This document shows, one piece after another, positions 54,110 through 64,000 of a stretch of 64,000 nucleotides of DNA. Both the position numbers and the translations under genes were made by a program. This DNA is from Hydrolagus affinis (taxonomy: Eukaryota): assembly GCA_012026655.1 (NCBI GenBank), contig JAAILG010001096.1, forward strand, positions 1 through 64,000, given 5' to 3'. Position 1 is the first letter of the stretch, and each line of letters opens with the position of its first letter. The notes under the pieces were generated by a model. That model was given only the letters and a program-made list of their open reading frames with translations. It was not told where the DNA came from and ran no database searches.

Positions 54110-54597
54110 GAATAATAATCCTTCAAAAAAAATAATAAATTGGCCATTTCAATCCACGACTGTTTGTGGGACACTGCTGTGCACGATTGGCTGCCACATT
54201 TCACCCCAAATATACAGTCAATTCACAAACATCCATAAGATGAATGAACAATTTAATTGATTGGCTTGGCTTAGTTGCTAGCATGCTCATCTTTGGGCCA
54301 GAAAGTTGTGGGATCAAGTTAGATACATAGTTCATGCTGACTTTCAATGCAGTGTAAAATGACTGTTGCATTATCAGAGGTGTTGTCCTTTGGCTAACCT
54401 GTAAAAATGAAATCTATTGCTTGAAACGGGCGTTACAGATCCTGCAACAATATTCAAAAACGAGAAGGGAATTGTTATAGTGTTCAGAACCAATTAAATT
54501 ATTCATTCATCTTATGGATGTGGGACCTTACTGTCTACACTTAAAAGTAATTATTGTCTACACTTAACAGTAATTATTATAAAATGCTTTGAGACAT
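54110..54597 (+). mobile_element. tRNA-SINE core fragment (54110-54226) followed by a decayed DeuSINE (54262-54597)
   Basis: Core motif, then agaaagttgtgggatcaag..tgcattatcagaggtgttgtcctttgg. Confidence 0.7.
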
Positions 54598-54771
54598 CAA
54601 TCCTCTGGATTTATACGGCTGATTTATTCAGGAAAGGGCTTCCTCAATAACTCACGTACACCATTTGAATGGTCAGACAGGCTTGTGGCTGTCATATGAA
54701 ACAAATGGATGGAACAGGCTTTTGTCCATTATTTAAGCTTTTTATGATAAGCTCTCAGAATCTGTCAGGTT

Positions 54772-54833
54772 ACTAAAATGTAAACCTGAATCACTAAAAT
54801 GTAAACCTGAATCACTAAAATGTAAAGCTGAAT
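54772..54833. repeat. 21-bp tandem repeat, ~3 copies (actaaaatgtaaacctgaatc)
   Basis: Directly visible. Confidence 0.92.
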
Positions 54834-56208
54834 GGTCAACCAGTGAAACTTATAAATCAATTTTTCTTCTGTTATAGTACTCCTCTAGGATGACCTGTAA
54901 TGCTCTGTCACTTCTGTTATGCTTCCTGATGCTGATGTCTTGATAAAGTATACGGAGCAAATGTTTGATGACATTAGTATTTAATGAAACAGATCCTTTG
55001 GTAAAATTAAGCGTTATCTTTGCTAAGTTACTCCCAAGTTTATAATTTGTATAAATTTGCTCTGGTTATGTAATTTCTATTAATCAACTGCAATAGATAA
55101 AGTTGATAGGGCTGAATAAAAATAATGTAAATTTGTAATAGAATAGTTTAATGAAACAAAGTGATTTTCAAAAGGAAATGCGTTGTCAGAACTGGGCTCA
55201 AATGATGTTCGTATTATATCACATGTCAGTGAAGTACTTCATTTCAATAGGTTTCAGTGATGCAATAAATACTCGACATTACGGAACATTTGCTCTATAA
55301 CCACACCGCATTTTTGTAGAATTACATTCCCTTACAGAAAGGTTAACCAGTGCATATACTCAGGTTATCAATTTTGATAACACAAAGTGCATGCGGCATG
55401 AGTCTGGATAGTTTATTTGCAAATATGTGTGTGATTCTATGTGCAAATATCATAATTAAACTTTTTCAAACTAAGTACATAAAATAAAACTTTGTGGGAG
55501 GAGAGGGAGAAGAAAGAAAAACAATTTAAAATAATTCCTTAGCTCTAAGTGCTGCCATCTGGTGTGTGCATGTATGTGTGGACAGAATTCCAAGTATAAC
55601 TGCACTTGACTCATTGTTTGTGAACATAATAGATGTACAATTTGTATAGTCATCTATTCTCCAATATACAATCTGTGGAGGAGATGTATGATTAGGTAAA
55701 AGAGAATGTTCTACCTGGTTCTGAAGACTATTTATGTAGGAACTGTTACGTTATCAGTCTAACAATTCAATCCACAATATTGATTCTTGACTGATTGCAT
55801 TCCACACATGACAATACCGCTGGCTACAATGGCATTTCAGCCTTCATCTTTAACATCCCTTGATTGTTTCTATATACTGTACAATTATTCTTTTTAACAT
55901 TAAATCCATTTCTTAACCACATATTCGCCTTTCTCTTCAAAGATATGGAATCAATAAAGTTGTGGTTGATCAGGGTACACTTTACACGTCCACCTATGTA
56001 TCCTCCTACGTATCCAATAGAATATGCACTTTTCTAATTCATTTTAAGCACACACATAGAGAACATTCAAATGTGATCTCAGCAACAAATGATACAAGAT
56101 AAAGGCAACTTTATTTGACACAATTAAATGACTTAATGACACCACTGGTTTGGGCTGACAGAAAGAATTTTGTAAAATAATTTTTTCCCCCTCAAAAAGG
56201 GCTTTAAA

Positions 56209-56234
56209 ATATATATATATATATATATATATAT
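56209..56234. repeat. (AT)n microsatellite
   Basis: Directly visible. Confidence 0.95.
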
Positions 56235-57852
56235 TTAGGCTTTAAATAAATACAAAGGCACCAATTGTTCAGAACCATTAGTATGTAGGTCTACTTTAGC
56301 TTAGCATTTAACACAAATTCAATTTGATTTGTGTGTTTCAGTCCCCCACAAGTGGGGCGCAGAAGACATCACCTCTCTCAGAAATTGTTGGCTCATTTGG
56401 AATGTGATATGTTAATACACATCATACAATCTGAGCAGTGAATCAGAAACATCTCCCTGTCATCAATCACTGCCAGTTACAGTTTCCAATTTGCTGATGA
56501 ATCCCCTTAATACACAATAAAGTATTAGATATATATGAGCAGCCAGTCCTCCATTCTCCTTTTCACGACAGTTAATGTAATATATTCAGCATCTCCAGCT
56601 CAGATACACTATCATTTCCAGATTGTTTTTCCTTTCCTTCCTGTTTAAGCAGTAGTAAAAAACAGAAAGCCCTACAGTCACCAGAGAAACATTTTCATGC
56701 ACAATATCAAAGTGTATCCTGTAATACAACAGAATTATTGGTATGCTAAATCCATGCAGAGCAATTTTATTTCCATTGGAAAAAGGTAGCCTGCAGTGGG
56801 CTAATTCTAGACGCAGAGGAAAATTGGAGTTTCAGCTACAAAAAAAATTATTTCACTTTCAAAGAAAACTGACAATTTTCACCTCAGGTAAGAGTGAGGT
56901 GGGTAAAAGAGCTCTGGAGCATAATATTACATAGACTTTTACGATCCACAGAATGGAGAGGGTGAGGCAATAAAAAACAGGCCAGCATTTGGTGAAACAA
57001 CAACAACAAAATTACATTTGTATAGTGCCTTTCACGTTGGAGGATGTCCCAAGGAACAGAGGGAGTGAGCAGGTGAGTACGACCATAATAGATCAAAGGG
57101 GTAGTGTGAGACATAGTCAGAAGATATTTAAAAGAAAGACAAGGAAACAGCAGAGCATAAATATTTTCATAGTCTACTTTCAATAACAGACAGAATAGAG
57201 GAATCTCACCTTTGCTAATCCCTCACAAACAACAACAAAATTACATTTGTATAGTGCTTTTCACATCAGGTGAATGTCCAAACTATCTTATGACTAGCAT
57301 TTTTGGTTATCTTAGACAATGTATTTTGACAGGCAACAGTGCTAGATAATTAGTTCAATGGGACTCAATAATAATATCATTTTGCCTTTCAATTGATTGT
57401 TTTTATAAAGTTATAAAGTTCCTGCTCTAAAAACTGGCTTCTGTTTAGCTTTGACTTCATTCATTGTCTTCCTATTATAAATTATAGTGATTAACAGTGG
57501 TTTAGTGGTTCACTTCCAGTTGCTAAGCTATTAAATTTGCAGTATTACATTTCAGTGCATAGCTTAATTTACCAGTGGCAGTAAATAACCAAGCAGAAAA
57601 ACAGAAAATGGGAATGCGTAGAAATTATGCATGTTTCCCTTCCCTCAATTACACCAAAAATTACAGCAAAGACCAAACAGCATACGATTTCTATATATTT
57701 TTGCAATACAATGATTCCATAATAATAAGCTTAACTGTTTGTTTGATAATTTTATAGTCACTGTGGTTATATTTTAGGTTGGGAAACTAAACCTCAGATG
57801 AATGATTGTTCATACGTGTTATAGTTCAAAAGTGACACTATTTGTTTAGGTA

Positions 57853-58245
57853 TTAGCCTACCTCAGTTGGTAGCATTCTCGGGCCCTCGTGTGAGAAAGC
57901 TGTGGGTCCAAGCTCCACATCGGGACTTTGAACTCACAAGCCTAACAGTGCTGGGGATGTGCTGCATTGTTCAAGTTGTTATCCTTCAGATGATACTTTA
58001 AACCGAGCTCCCGTTGCCTGTTCAGGTGGTTAAAGTTAAAGTTCCCATGGTGCTATTTGAAAAATGAAGGGAATTTCTCCTGGTGTCCTGGCTAACCATC
58101 CTCCACATAAAATGGTCACTCACTTCATGTTTTTTTTGTGGGACATTGGTGTGTGCAGATTGAGTGTCTGCCACAATATTTCATACTAAATCCTGTGAAA
58201 TGTCCTCCTAAAAAGAAAGGCAGTATATCAAATGTAAGGATTATT
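57853..58245 (+). mobile_element. Full-length DeuSINE (SacSINE1-like)
   Basis: ctcagttggtagcattctc head; taaaccgag..ttcaggtgg..cccatggtgctatttgaa..ctcctggtgtcctggc core; tail. Confidence 0.85.
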
Positions 58246-58636
58246 TCACTACTAAAAAGATTCGTGATACGAGAAAATTATGCTTCTCCCAAACCATATT
58301 GAAACTACAAATTAAATTCTACTGGATCAGATTTTCAGGTTTCCTGATGTACTGTACATCAATGATATCTAAGGAGTATTGAAATTATTCAACACAGAAC
58401 ATAACATCGCCATTTGTACCAATCTTACCATTCTCGGATATGTGCATTCTTCTGCTGCATTAGGCCTAGAGTATGAAGAACAAAATTACAATTTTAAAAT
58501 GCAAAGCAGAAACCAGAAATTATGAGAAATAAGCTCCTAAACTATCAGAACCACAAATTGTGCCTGAATATATCTGTATCTCATTAGACTGGATATTAAT
58601 ATTAGTACTATTAATATTAATTTCTGTAGCACCAAG

Positions 58637-58966
58637 TACTACTACTAATAATAATAATCCTTGCATTTGATATAGCTTACCGACGTCCCAAAGCGCTTCA
58701 CAGAATATACTGTAAAGTGAATTGACTGTATATTTGTGGGCGAATCGCTGCAGCCAATTGCACACAGCAGTGTCCCACAAACAGTCGTGAATTGAAATGA
58801 CCAATTTTATTATTGTGATATTTTTAGACAGATTATTATTAGGCGTGTGGAGTAAGGAAACTTGCCCAAGGTTTCGCCATGACCTGTCTGGATTCGAACA
58901 CAGTTCTCCCCAGCTTGGTCTCCCCACCTTGCATGACAAGTGCTCTAACCACTAAGCCACAGGAGC
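58637..58966 (-). mobile_element. Full-length tRNA SINE
   Basis: Tail, core, B box, head. Confidence 0.92.
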
Positions 58967-59462
58967 TACTGACAAATAAACAGGAAAAAAATATTGTGTA
59001 ATTGTTTTGTCCCCCATTACTTACTGACAAACATTTACCCTTAATTATCCAATAAACAACAATTGGATAGCCTACATTTGCTCCTTCACTGTTGAACTTT
59101 GTCACTTTTATTTGGCAAATACATTTAGTGTGCCACATTAGTCAAGGTGCTAGCTGTTTTGTACAACTCCTCTTGGAAGAATCGATGAATAATAGATATG
59201 ATTTGATTCAAAGGAACTGCATGCCCATTCTATAGCATCTCCTGAATATGGCGCTTAATAGAATTAAATGGTCAGTGAGGTGAACCTTTAACAAGATTAC
59301 TGCAAATATAAAGTATCAAAATTGATTATGGAGATAATCTAACACTGTAAAGGGTTAATTTATTAAGATGTGTAAATGTAACAATGGTATGTGTTGAAGG
59401 AATGCTATTGTATAAAGCAATCCTTTTCATTCTCTCTCTTCTTGGTAGGAGAGTTTATTTAC

Positions 59463-59772
59463 ATGATTGATGCAGCTTCTGATGTGCTACATGCTGAGGT
59501 TCATGGCTGACTTGATCTCCATTGGGACTCACTGCCTTGCTGGGTCCTGTAAGCCACAGCCCACACATCAAATGCAGGCATACTTGCTTTGTCAAGTGTA
59601 AAAATCATATGTGTAAACATTCTCCTCAGTGATTAGCATGTCAAAGTGCAGAAATTTACCTCCCCTGTGTTTCTCCTCCTTCTGCTGTTTGACCTTGAGA
59701 TTTAAAGTCAGCTGAAAACTTTTCATGAAGTCCTTCAAAACTATGCGACACATTAGAAGGCTTCCAACAATT
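59463..59772 (-). pseudogene. GREB1-like pseudo-exon (GKFLHFDMLITEENVYTYDFYT)
   Basis: Part of ORF 59592-59792(-). Resembles ARILSESLLTPAEYQKEVNYELVT. Flanked by AG and GTAAAT. Confidence 0.4.
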
Positions 59773-60008
59773 CTAGTGTTGTGAAAGTACATACATTGTT
59801 TCTTTCAATGATAGGTAAACATTGGCATACAAGTTACAATCTGTACTAATAAAGACAAAATGTCTGCTAAGAACACAATAACCAATTGATGTAGAGATTT
59901 ATACCTCATCAGAAAGGTCTTGCTAGGGGAGTGCCATGGGCTATTTTTCCCTGGAGATTTCCTACCGTTGATGAGCTATATTAAAAGATACATAATGCTT
60001 TAATTAAC

Positions 60009-60213
60009 CAGGGCGACCATGATAAGGCAAATTATGCAGTTTGCTTTCATTAAGATCTTAAAATTTGACTTAGCTGAAAAGAATGAGCAAAGTGGCTCAT
60101 GGTGGCAACTGTTATGGTACCAACTATACCTCGTCCAAGTAGTATTTTGTATTGTTACTATCGGAATCAATACAATGTTGCAAATATTTTATGGCAGATT
60201 ACCAATAGAGTCC
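60009..60213 (-). pseudogene. GREB1-like pseudo-exon (FAHSFQLSQILRS...KANCII)
   Basis: Resembles CAYSLAEGLSEMFRL...KTNYVVII across a frameshift. Weak splice sites. Confidence 0.4.
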
Positions 60214-60422
60214 CTAGTGCTTTGAGATACATAAATAGATTTTGAATTATTTCGCTTTGCTGCAGTAAAGGACATAATGTTATTAAAAACTCTAGACATA
60301 AACTAATTTAAAAACAGAAATATGCTGGATACTTATTTTCTATGTTTCCTTCCTTAGTTCTGTAATCTTGTTCTCAAAAATAGTAATCTAATAGAAAGAA
60401 AAGGAAAGTACTATTGATTTTC

Positions 60423-60588
60423 CCTTGAGGCATCCTGACTCAAGTGGATGATCTTCAACGGTTCAGTCCACTGTGTAAAAGGCTCCAGTCATGTTTTTGG
60501 TCCACCTTATTTTGTCATGATTTTGCCAAATGCTAAAAACCAAGATAAGTTATTTGAATATGCAAAAGTGAAACCTCTGAGCTTTCAC
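60423..60588 (-). pseudogene. GREB1-like pseudo-exon (GESSEVSLL...LAKS*QN)
   Basis: Acceptor ctgtgtattttctag. Resembles AADQVPLM...FLRSWRE, with TGA at the Trp position. 3' end approximate. Confidence 0.45.
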
Positions 60589-60845
60589 CTAGAAAATACA
60601 CAGTCACTACACTTTACTGTAACTCCAGTGAATCACTTTGAGGCATCCCCCAATGTGAAAGACACTATATCAGGTTAAATGCTTAGTATTATTGGTCAAA
60701 TTCATCCAACTTCTTGAACTGATTCCCATTCTTACTTTCATTGGTGGTTCATGAGCGACAGTATTCTTGTGTATGTCCAATATTCGATTTTCCCAAACCC
60801 TTGAGAAAGAGAAGAGAGCTTTTCCTGGTGTTCTAGGCGATAATT

Positions 60846-61112
60846 TACTCCACATGCCTGTTAATAATCTCTCCCCAAAAAATAGATCATTTCAATCCAT
60901 AACTGTTTGTGGGACACTGTTGTGGGAAATTGTGCGAGTTTTGACTATATATATCCAATTAATTCACTTTAAGTATATTCTGTGAAGCGCTTTGAGACAT
61001 CTAGAAGATGTGAAAAGTGCTATATCAAATGCAAGGATTATTATTATTATGTAGCACCTTATCATGTCATTGAGACATCTCAAAGTGTTTCACAAAATGG
61101 ATTGTGAAGTGG
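60846..61112. mobile_element. 5'-truncated SINE (+, 60846-61050) joined tail-to-tail to a SINE tail (-, 61051-61112)
   Basis: Core and tail motifs in opposite orientations around (att)n. Confidence 0.8.
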
Positions 61113-61746
61113 ATTGACTATATATTGTGGGTAAAAAATTATTATTAATACATTCAACAGCAACAACTTACACTTATATAGTGCCCTTCACACGGAATAG
61201 GTAATTCAGAATGCAATCTCTTAACTACTTTGCCCAAATGGCAAGTAAGCACAAGTGATGTATAACAATGAGTTCTGGCAGTGGTTTAGAGAGTTAACAA
61301 ATATCAGAAATCTTTCATCATATTCATGGATTTGTAGTTTCACTTGACACATGTCATTTTATTCCAGGCACAGCCCACTTTACGTCTATTGAATTTATAT
61401 TGGTCCAATTTGTTTCAAGTTTAAACTGGCTCTATCTGAACTGAAGTTATTACTATTAATTCTGGTTTATAACTTTCAAGTTAATTGTTTCTGGTGCTAC
61501 TGGATGGTACATTGATGAATTAATACTGTATTTAAAATACAGATCAGTTGGGAAACAAGTACTCTAAATTAGAATGTCATGATAGCGCAGCGTTTATTTT
61601 CTTAACAATATTTAAACTGAAGAAAGAATATAGAGATTCCGCAAATGATTGTTATAAATTGCACCGAGTTCATTCCTGTCACTTTATAAACCTATCCATT
61701 AGAATTCCATCCTCCTGTTTAAATTGGAAAATTACAGTGCACTTAC

Positions 61747-61902
61747 AGACAATGTTTGATACAAACCTGCAAATAAACATTTGTATTCAACCTTCAGAGG
61801 AGGCTCGAATACTCAAATTATGGTGAACTTGCACCTACATTTGGATTCACTCTATTTAAGTAACATTTTAAAAGATTGAGAATTTGCCAAATTCTAGGCA
61901 AT
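61747..61902 (-). pseudogene. GREB1-like pseudo-exon (FLKCYLNR...EPPLKVEYKCLF)
   Basis: Acceptor gtgtactattttag, donor GTCT|gtaagt. Resembles LLYTCYQNS...QPISEEMQLLL with a frameshift. Confidence 0.6.
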
Positions 61903-61999
61903 CTAAAATAGTACACGAGTAACGTAAATCCCAAGTTGGGCTGCACGCAAATATGTGCAGCTAGTATAACCTAGACTCCACATGTGTGATAATATTTCA

Positions 62000-62478
62000 G
62001 ACCCGAGCAGGGATCTGGATCGGGGAGAATGGAGAGAAGGGAGGGGAGGGTGGGTGACCAATAGCATGGTTGAAGAGGAGTCTTGAGGTGGGACTTGAAA
62101 CCTATGGAGTGGGTGAGGCAGAAGGATTGTTGGATGGAATTTGAAAGTTTGGGGGCAGAGTGGCTGAAGGTTTGCTCGCCGATGGTGTGACCATTGGTTT
62201 GGGGGACATGGAGTCTGTTGAACGGAGGGAGAGAACAGATTTGTAGGGGGTTAGGAGGTCACAGAGGTAGAGTGGTAAAGATGAGGACCAGAATCTTGCA
62301 TTGAATCCTCTGGGTGATGGGAAGCCAGTGGAGTTGGGCAGGAATGGGGGTAATAGGGTTGCAGAGTCTGGTGCGGGAGAGGACATGGGCTGCAGAGTTC
62401 TGGATGATCTGCAGGTTAAGGAGGGAGGAGTTTGGGAGGCCGTCAAGTAGGGTGTTAGCATAGTCGAGCCTGAATCTC
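62000..62478 (-). mobile_element. L2 LINE ORF2 C-terminal fragment plus 3' UTR
   Basis: RLDYANTLLDGLP...LQIIQNSAAHVL...ITPIPAQLHWLPITQRIQCKIL is the hallmark L2 RT C-terminus. Confidence 0.93.
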
Positions 62479-62486
62479 ATTATCTG

Positions 62487-63171
62487 CCATGAAAAGGATG
62501 GCTCTCATCACACCGGTCGCCTGGCCATCTAAATACAGTTAAACACTTGTAATGAATACAATTAAGAATTGCTGAATACAATTATCATCATTCTTCCACA
62601 CTTCAGTTGTTGATCAGTGCACTGTAGAAAAAAGCATGGGAGTAACAGTACTTTGTGGAGCTCCTGGACAATGCATTATATTGTTTTCAGTTGTTGAATC
62701 ATTACTCATTACAAGTCCATCAACATTGGTTACAAATCAGTAGAAGAGCTGCTGCGTCATGAGATGACTGGTTCAGTGTTGTACGCTGAGATTGTGACAT
62801 TTATTTCCTGCACTTGGAGTGGGATTGGGATGCTGCAGTTGCTATTTTGCTTGATGCTAAATTAATCCTGAACCATCATGCTATATGATGAATGCAGGAC
62901 TGAGTAGGGTATGAATCACCAGGCGGCATGAAGGGCTTTCTGCTAAACTACACGCCGATTGCCGTCAGCTCCAACTGTTTCCAAAGTGACTGCTGAAGCA
63001 TTAGAAGGTACACACAGGTACAAGTGGCGATAGATAGAATTTGAGAGGATTTGACTGCAGCTCCATTGCACTCAATTAATTAGTGTTAATGTAACATGTG
63101 GCTCTGAGGCCCAACCAGAATTTTTTTTTACTATAAACTTACATTTATGAATTAGCTGTTGTACTCAAATC
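62487..63171 (-). pseudogene. GREB1-like pseudo-exon (KKxxGWxxE motif, S/T/P-rich linker, ends RAILFM~KPVIFK)
   Basis: Acceptor cttgctcttgtaacag. KKNSGWASEP at ~63100-63129. Multiple stops. Donor degenerate and abutting an L2 insertion. Confidence 0.55.
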
Positions 63172-64000
63172 CTGTTACAAGAGCAAGTTTTGATTTCAGA
63201 AACCATTATTACAGTGATAAATTAACCAGTGCCATTGGGCAGTAAGTTTAATTTAGCTGCTTGCGTACAGAAAGGGCTCATCTATCCAAAAGGGCATTGT
63301 AACATTCTATATACACCAGTAATCCTTGGTAAACCTTGCAGTGCTCAATTACTGTATAATGGATTGTTGGGGTCATATTTGTTTTCATAGCTTGACCAAC
63401 CAAATATCCATATACGTTGCAAATTAATAATATTATTGGCAAGCCCATGAACTGAAAGTGTCCTTTGCTTGGTGTCCTTTGTCCAGTCTAACAACAGAAA
63501 CCAATAAGTGTCAGTAAGGCTTTTAACAACCTTAATGTCTAAATTTTGATGGTTTCTGTTCGATAGAGTCTGCTATTGACGTGACAGGTCACAATGCAAT
63601 TTAGAAGCAATTAAAAGGTAATGAATGTGGTGAACTCAAACCTTTGCCTGGGAGGCTTTTTTTCCAGTGTAGAGGAGGAAAGTAGATTTGTGCTTCTGCC
63701 CTGTGTCCTTCAAGTAATGTCTTTTGAAGGAATGGTAATGCAGTGCTTTTGGATAGAAGCCTTGTGAGGCATAAAAAAAATTAACTGTTCACAGCTGATA
63801 ACTAATTAATCCAATTAAAATAAATACCTTTTTTTATTAAATGTTCAATTCTGTCACCCATATGTACAAAAATATGGATTAAAAATAATCAATACCGGTT
63901 TAAAAAAGATATTTAACCATTAAATATCATGGGAATACACAAATATAATGCGTATGCAAACATGCTGACTGTGCTTCTCATATTTATCCTGATTAATGTA

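Larger units (their letters stand above)
1..63171 (-). pseudogene. Decayed multi-exon GREB1-family pseudogene (GREB1/GREB1L-like, probably a divergent paralogue); continues beyond both window ends
   Basis: Manual minus-strand translation of splice-bounded segments gives motifs in the same order as human GREB1 (recalled): KKNSGWASEP~KKRHKGWSPES; CYLN..PLKVE~CYQN..PISEE; EGQYSVL~EGDIDIL; CPSYIIAP..SHLC..NFELLVF..QRTCDLWHSG~CTSYNLEP..SHVC..SFEKVDF..QQTLLHVWHSG; LFVL; QVT-x12-I-x3-N-x-I~HVT-x12-I-x3-N-x-I; PFLRYSHAF~PLLRYDSSF; FPK~FPR; AGDLLSKQNLFC~HGESLPRSLRYC; HLRP~SFRP; KQYSIYKAW~EQSLYYRQW; FECAHVFLAS~FHPRRLLLSG. Many in-frame stops and frameshifts. Confidence 0.8.

Noticed and set aside
35315-54833. 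Short tandem repeats (17-bp at 35315, 21-bp at 54772, ~33-bp duplication near 33240) as CRISPR-like arrays
   Set aside because: No spacers, only 2-3 copies, eukaryotic context.
58520-58939. Recurring similar ORFs (3672-3956, 46037-46240, 52977-53222, 58520-58939) suggesting a peptide family
   Set aside because: All are translations of the same SINE.

Overview
AT-rich vertebrate genomic DNA, most likely from a cartilaginous fish (a holocephalan such as Callorhinchus, inferred from its tRNA/Deu-core SINE, DeuSINE, LF-SINE, CR1 and L2 content). No intact protein-coding gene, RNA gene or CRISPR array is present, and most ORFs in the supplied track are noise. The main hidden structure is a large, heavily decayed, intron-containing minus-strand pseudogene of the GREB1/GREB1L family spanning the whole window. 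About 20 remnant exons with AG acceptors and mostly recognisable donors translate to motifs collinear with human GREB1 (motifs recalled from memory, not aligned computationally). They run from the KKRHKGWSPE region (~63.1 kb) to the FHPRRLLLSGPPQ region (window base 1). The gene carries stops, frameshifts and an in-exon SINE. It appears to have a ~3.7 kb (roughly 1,200 codon) low-complexity insertion absent from GREB1, which suggests a lost, divergent third GREB1 paralogue. The introns hold many retroposons (some nested, with target-site duplications), several palindromic elements and short tandem repeats.
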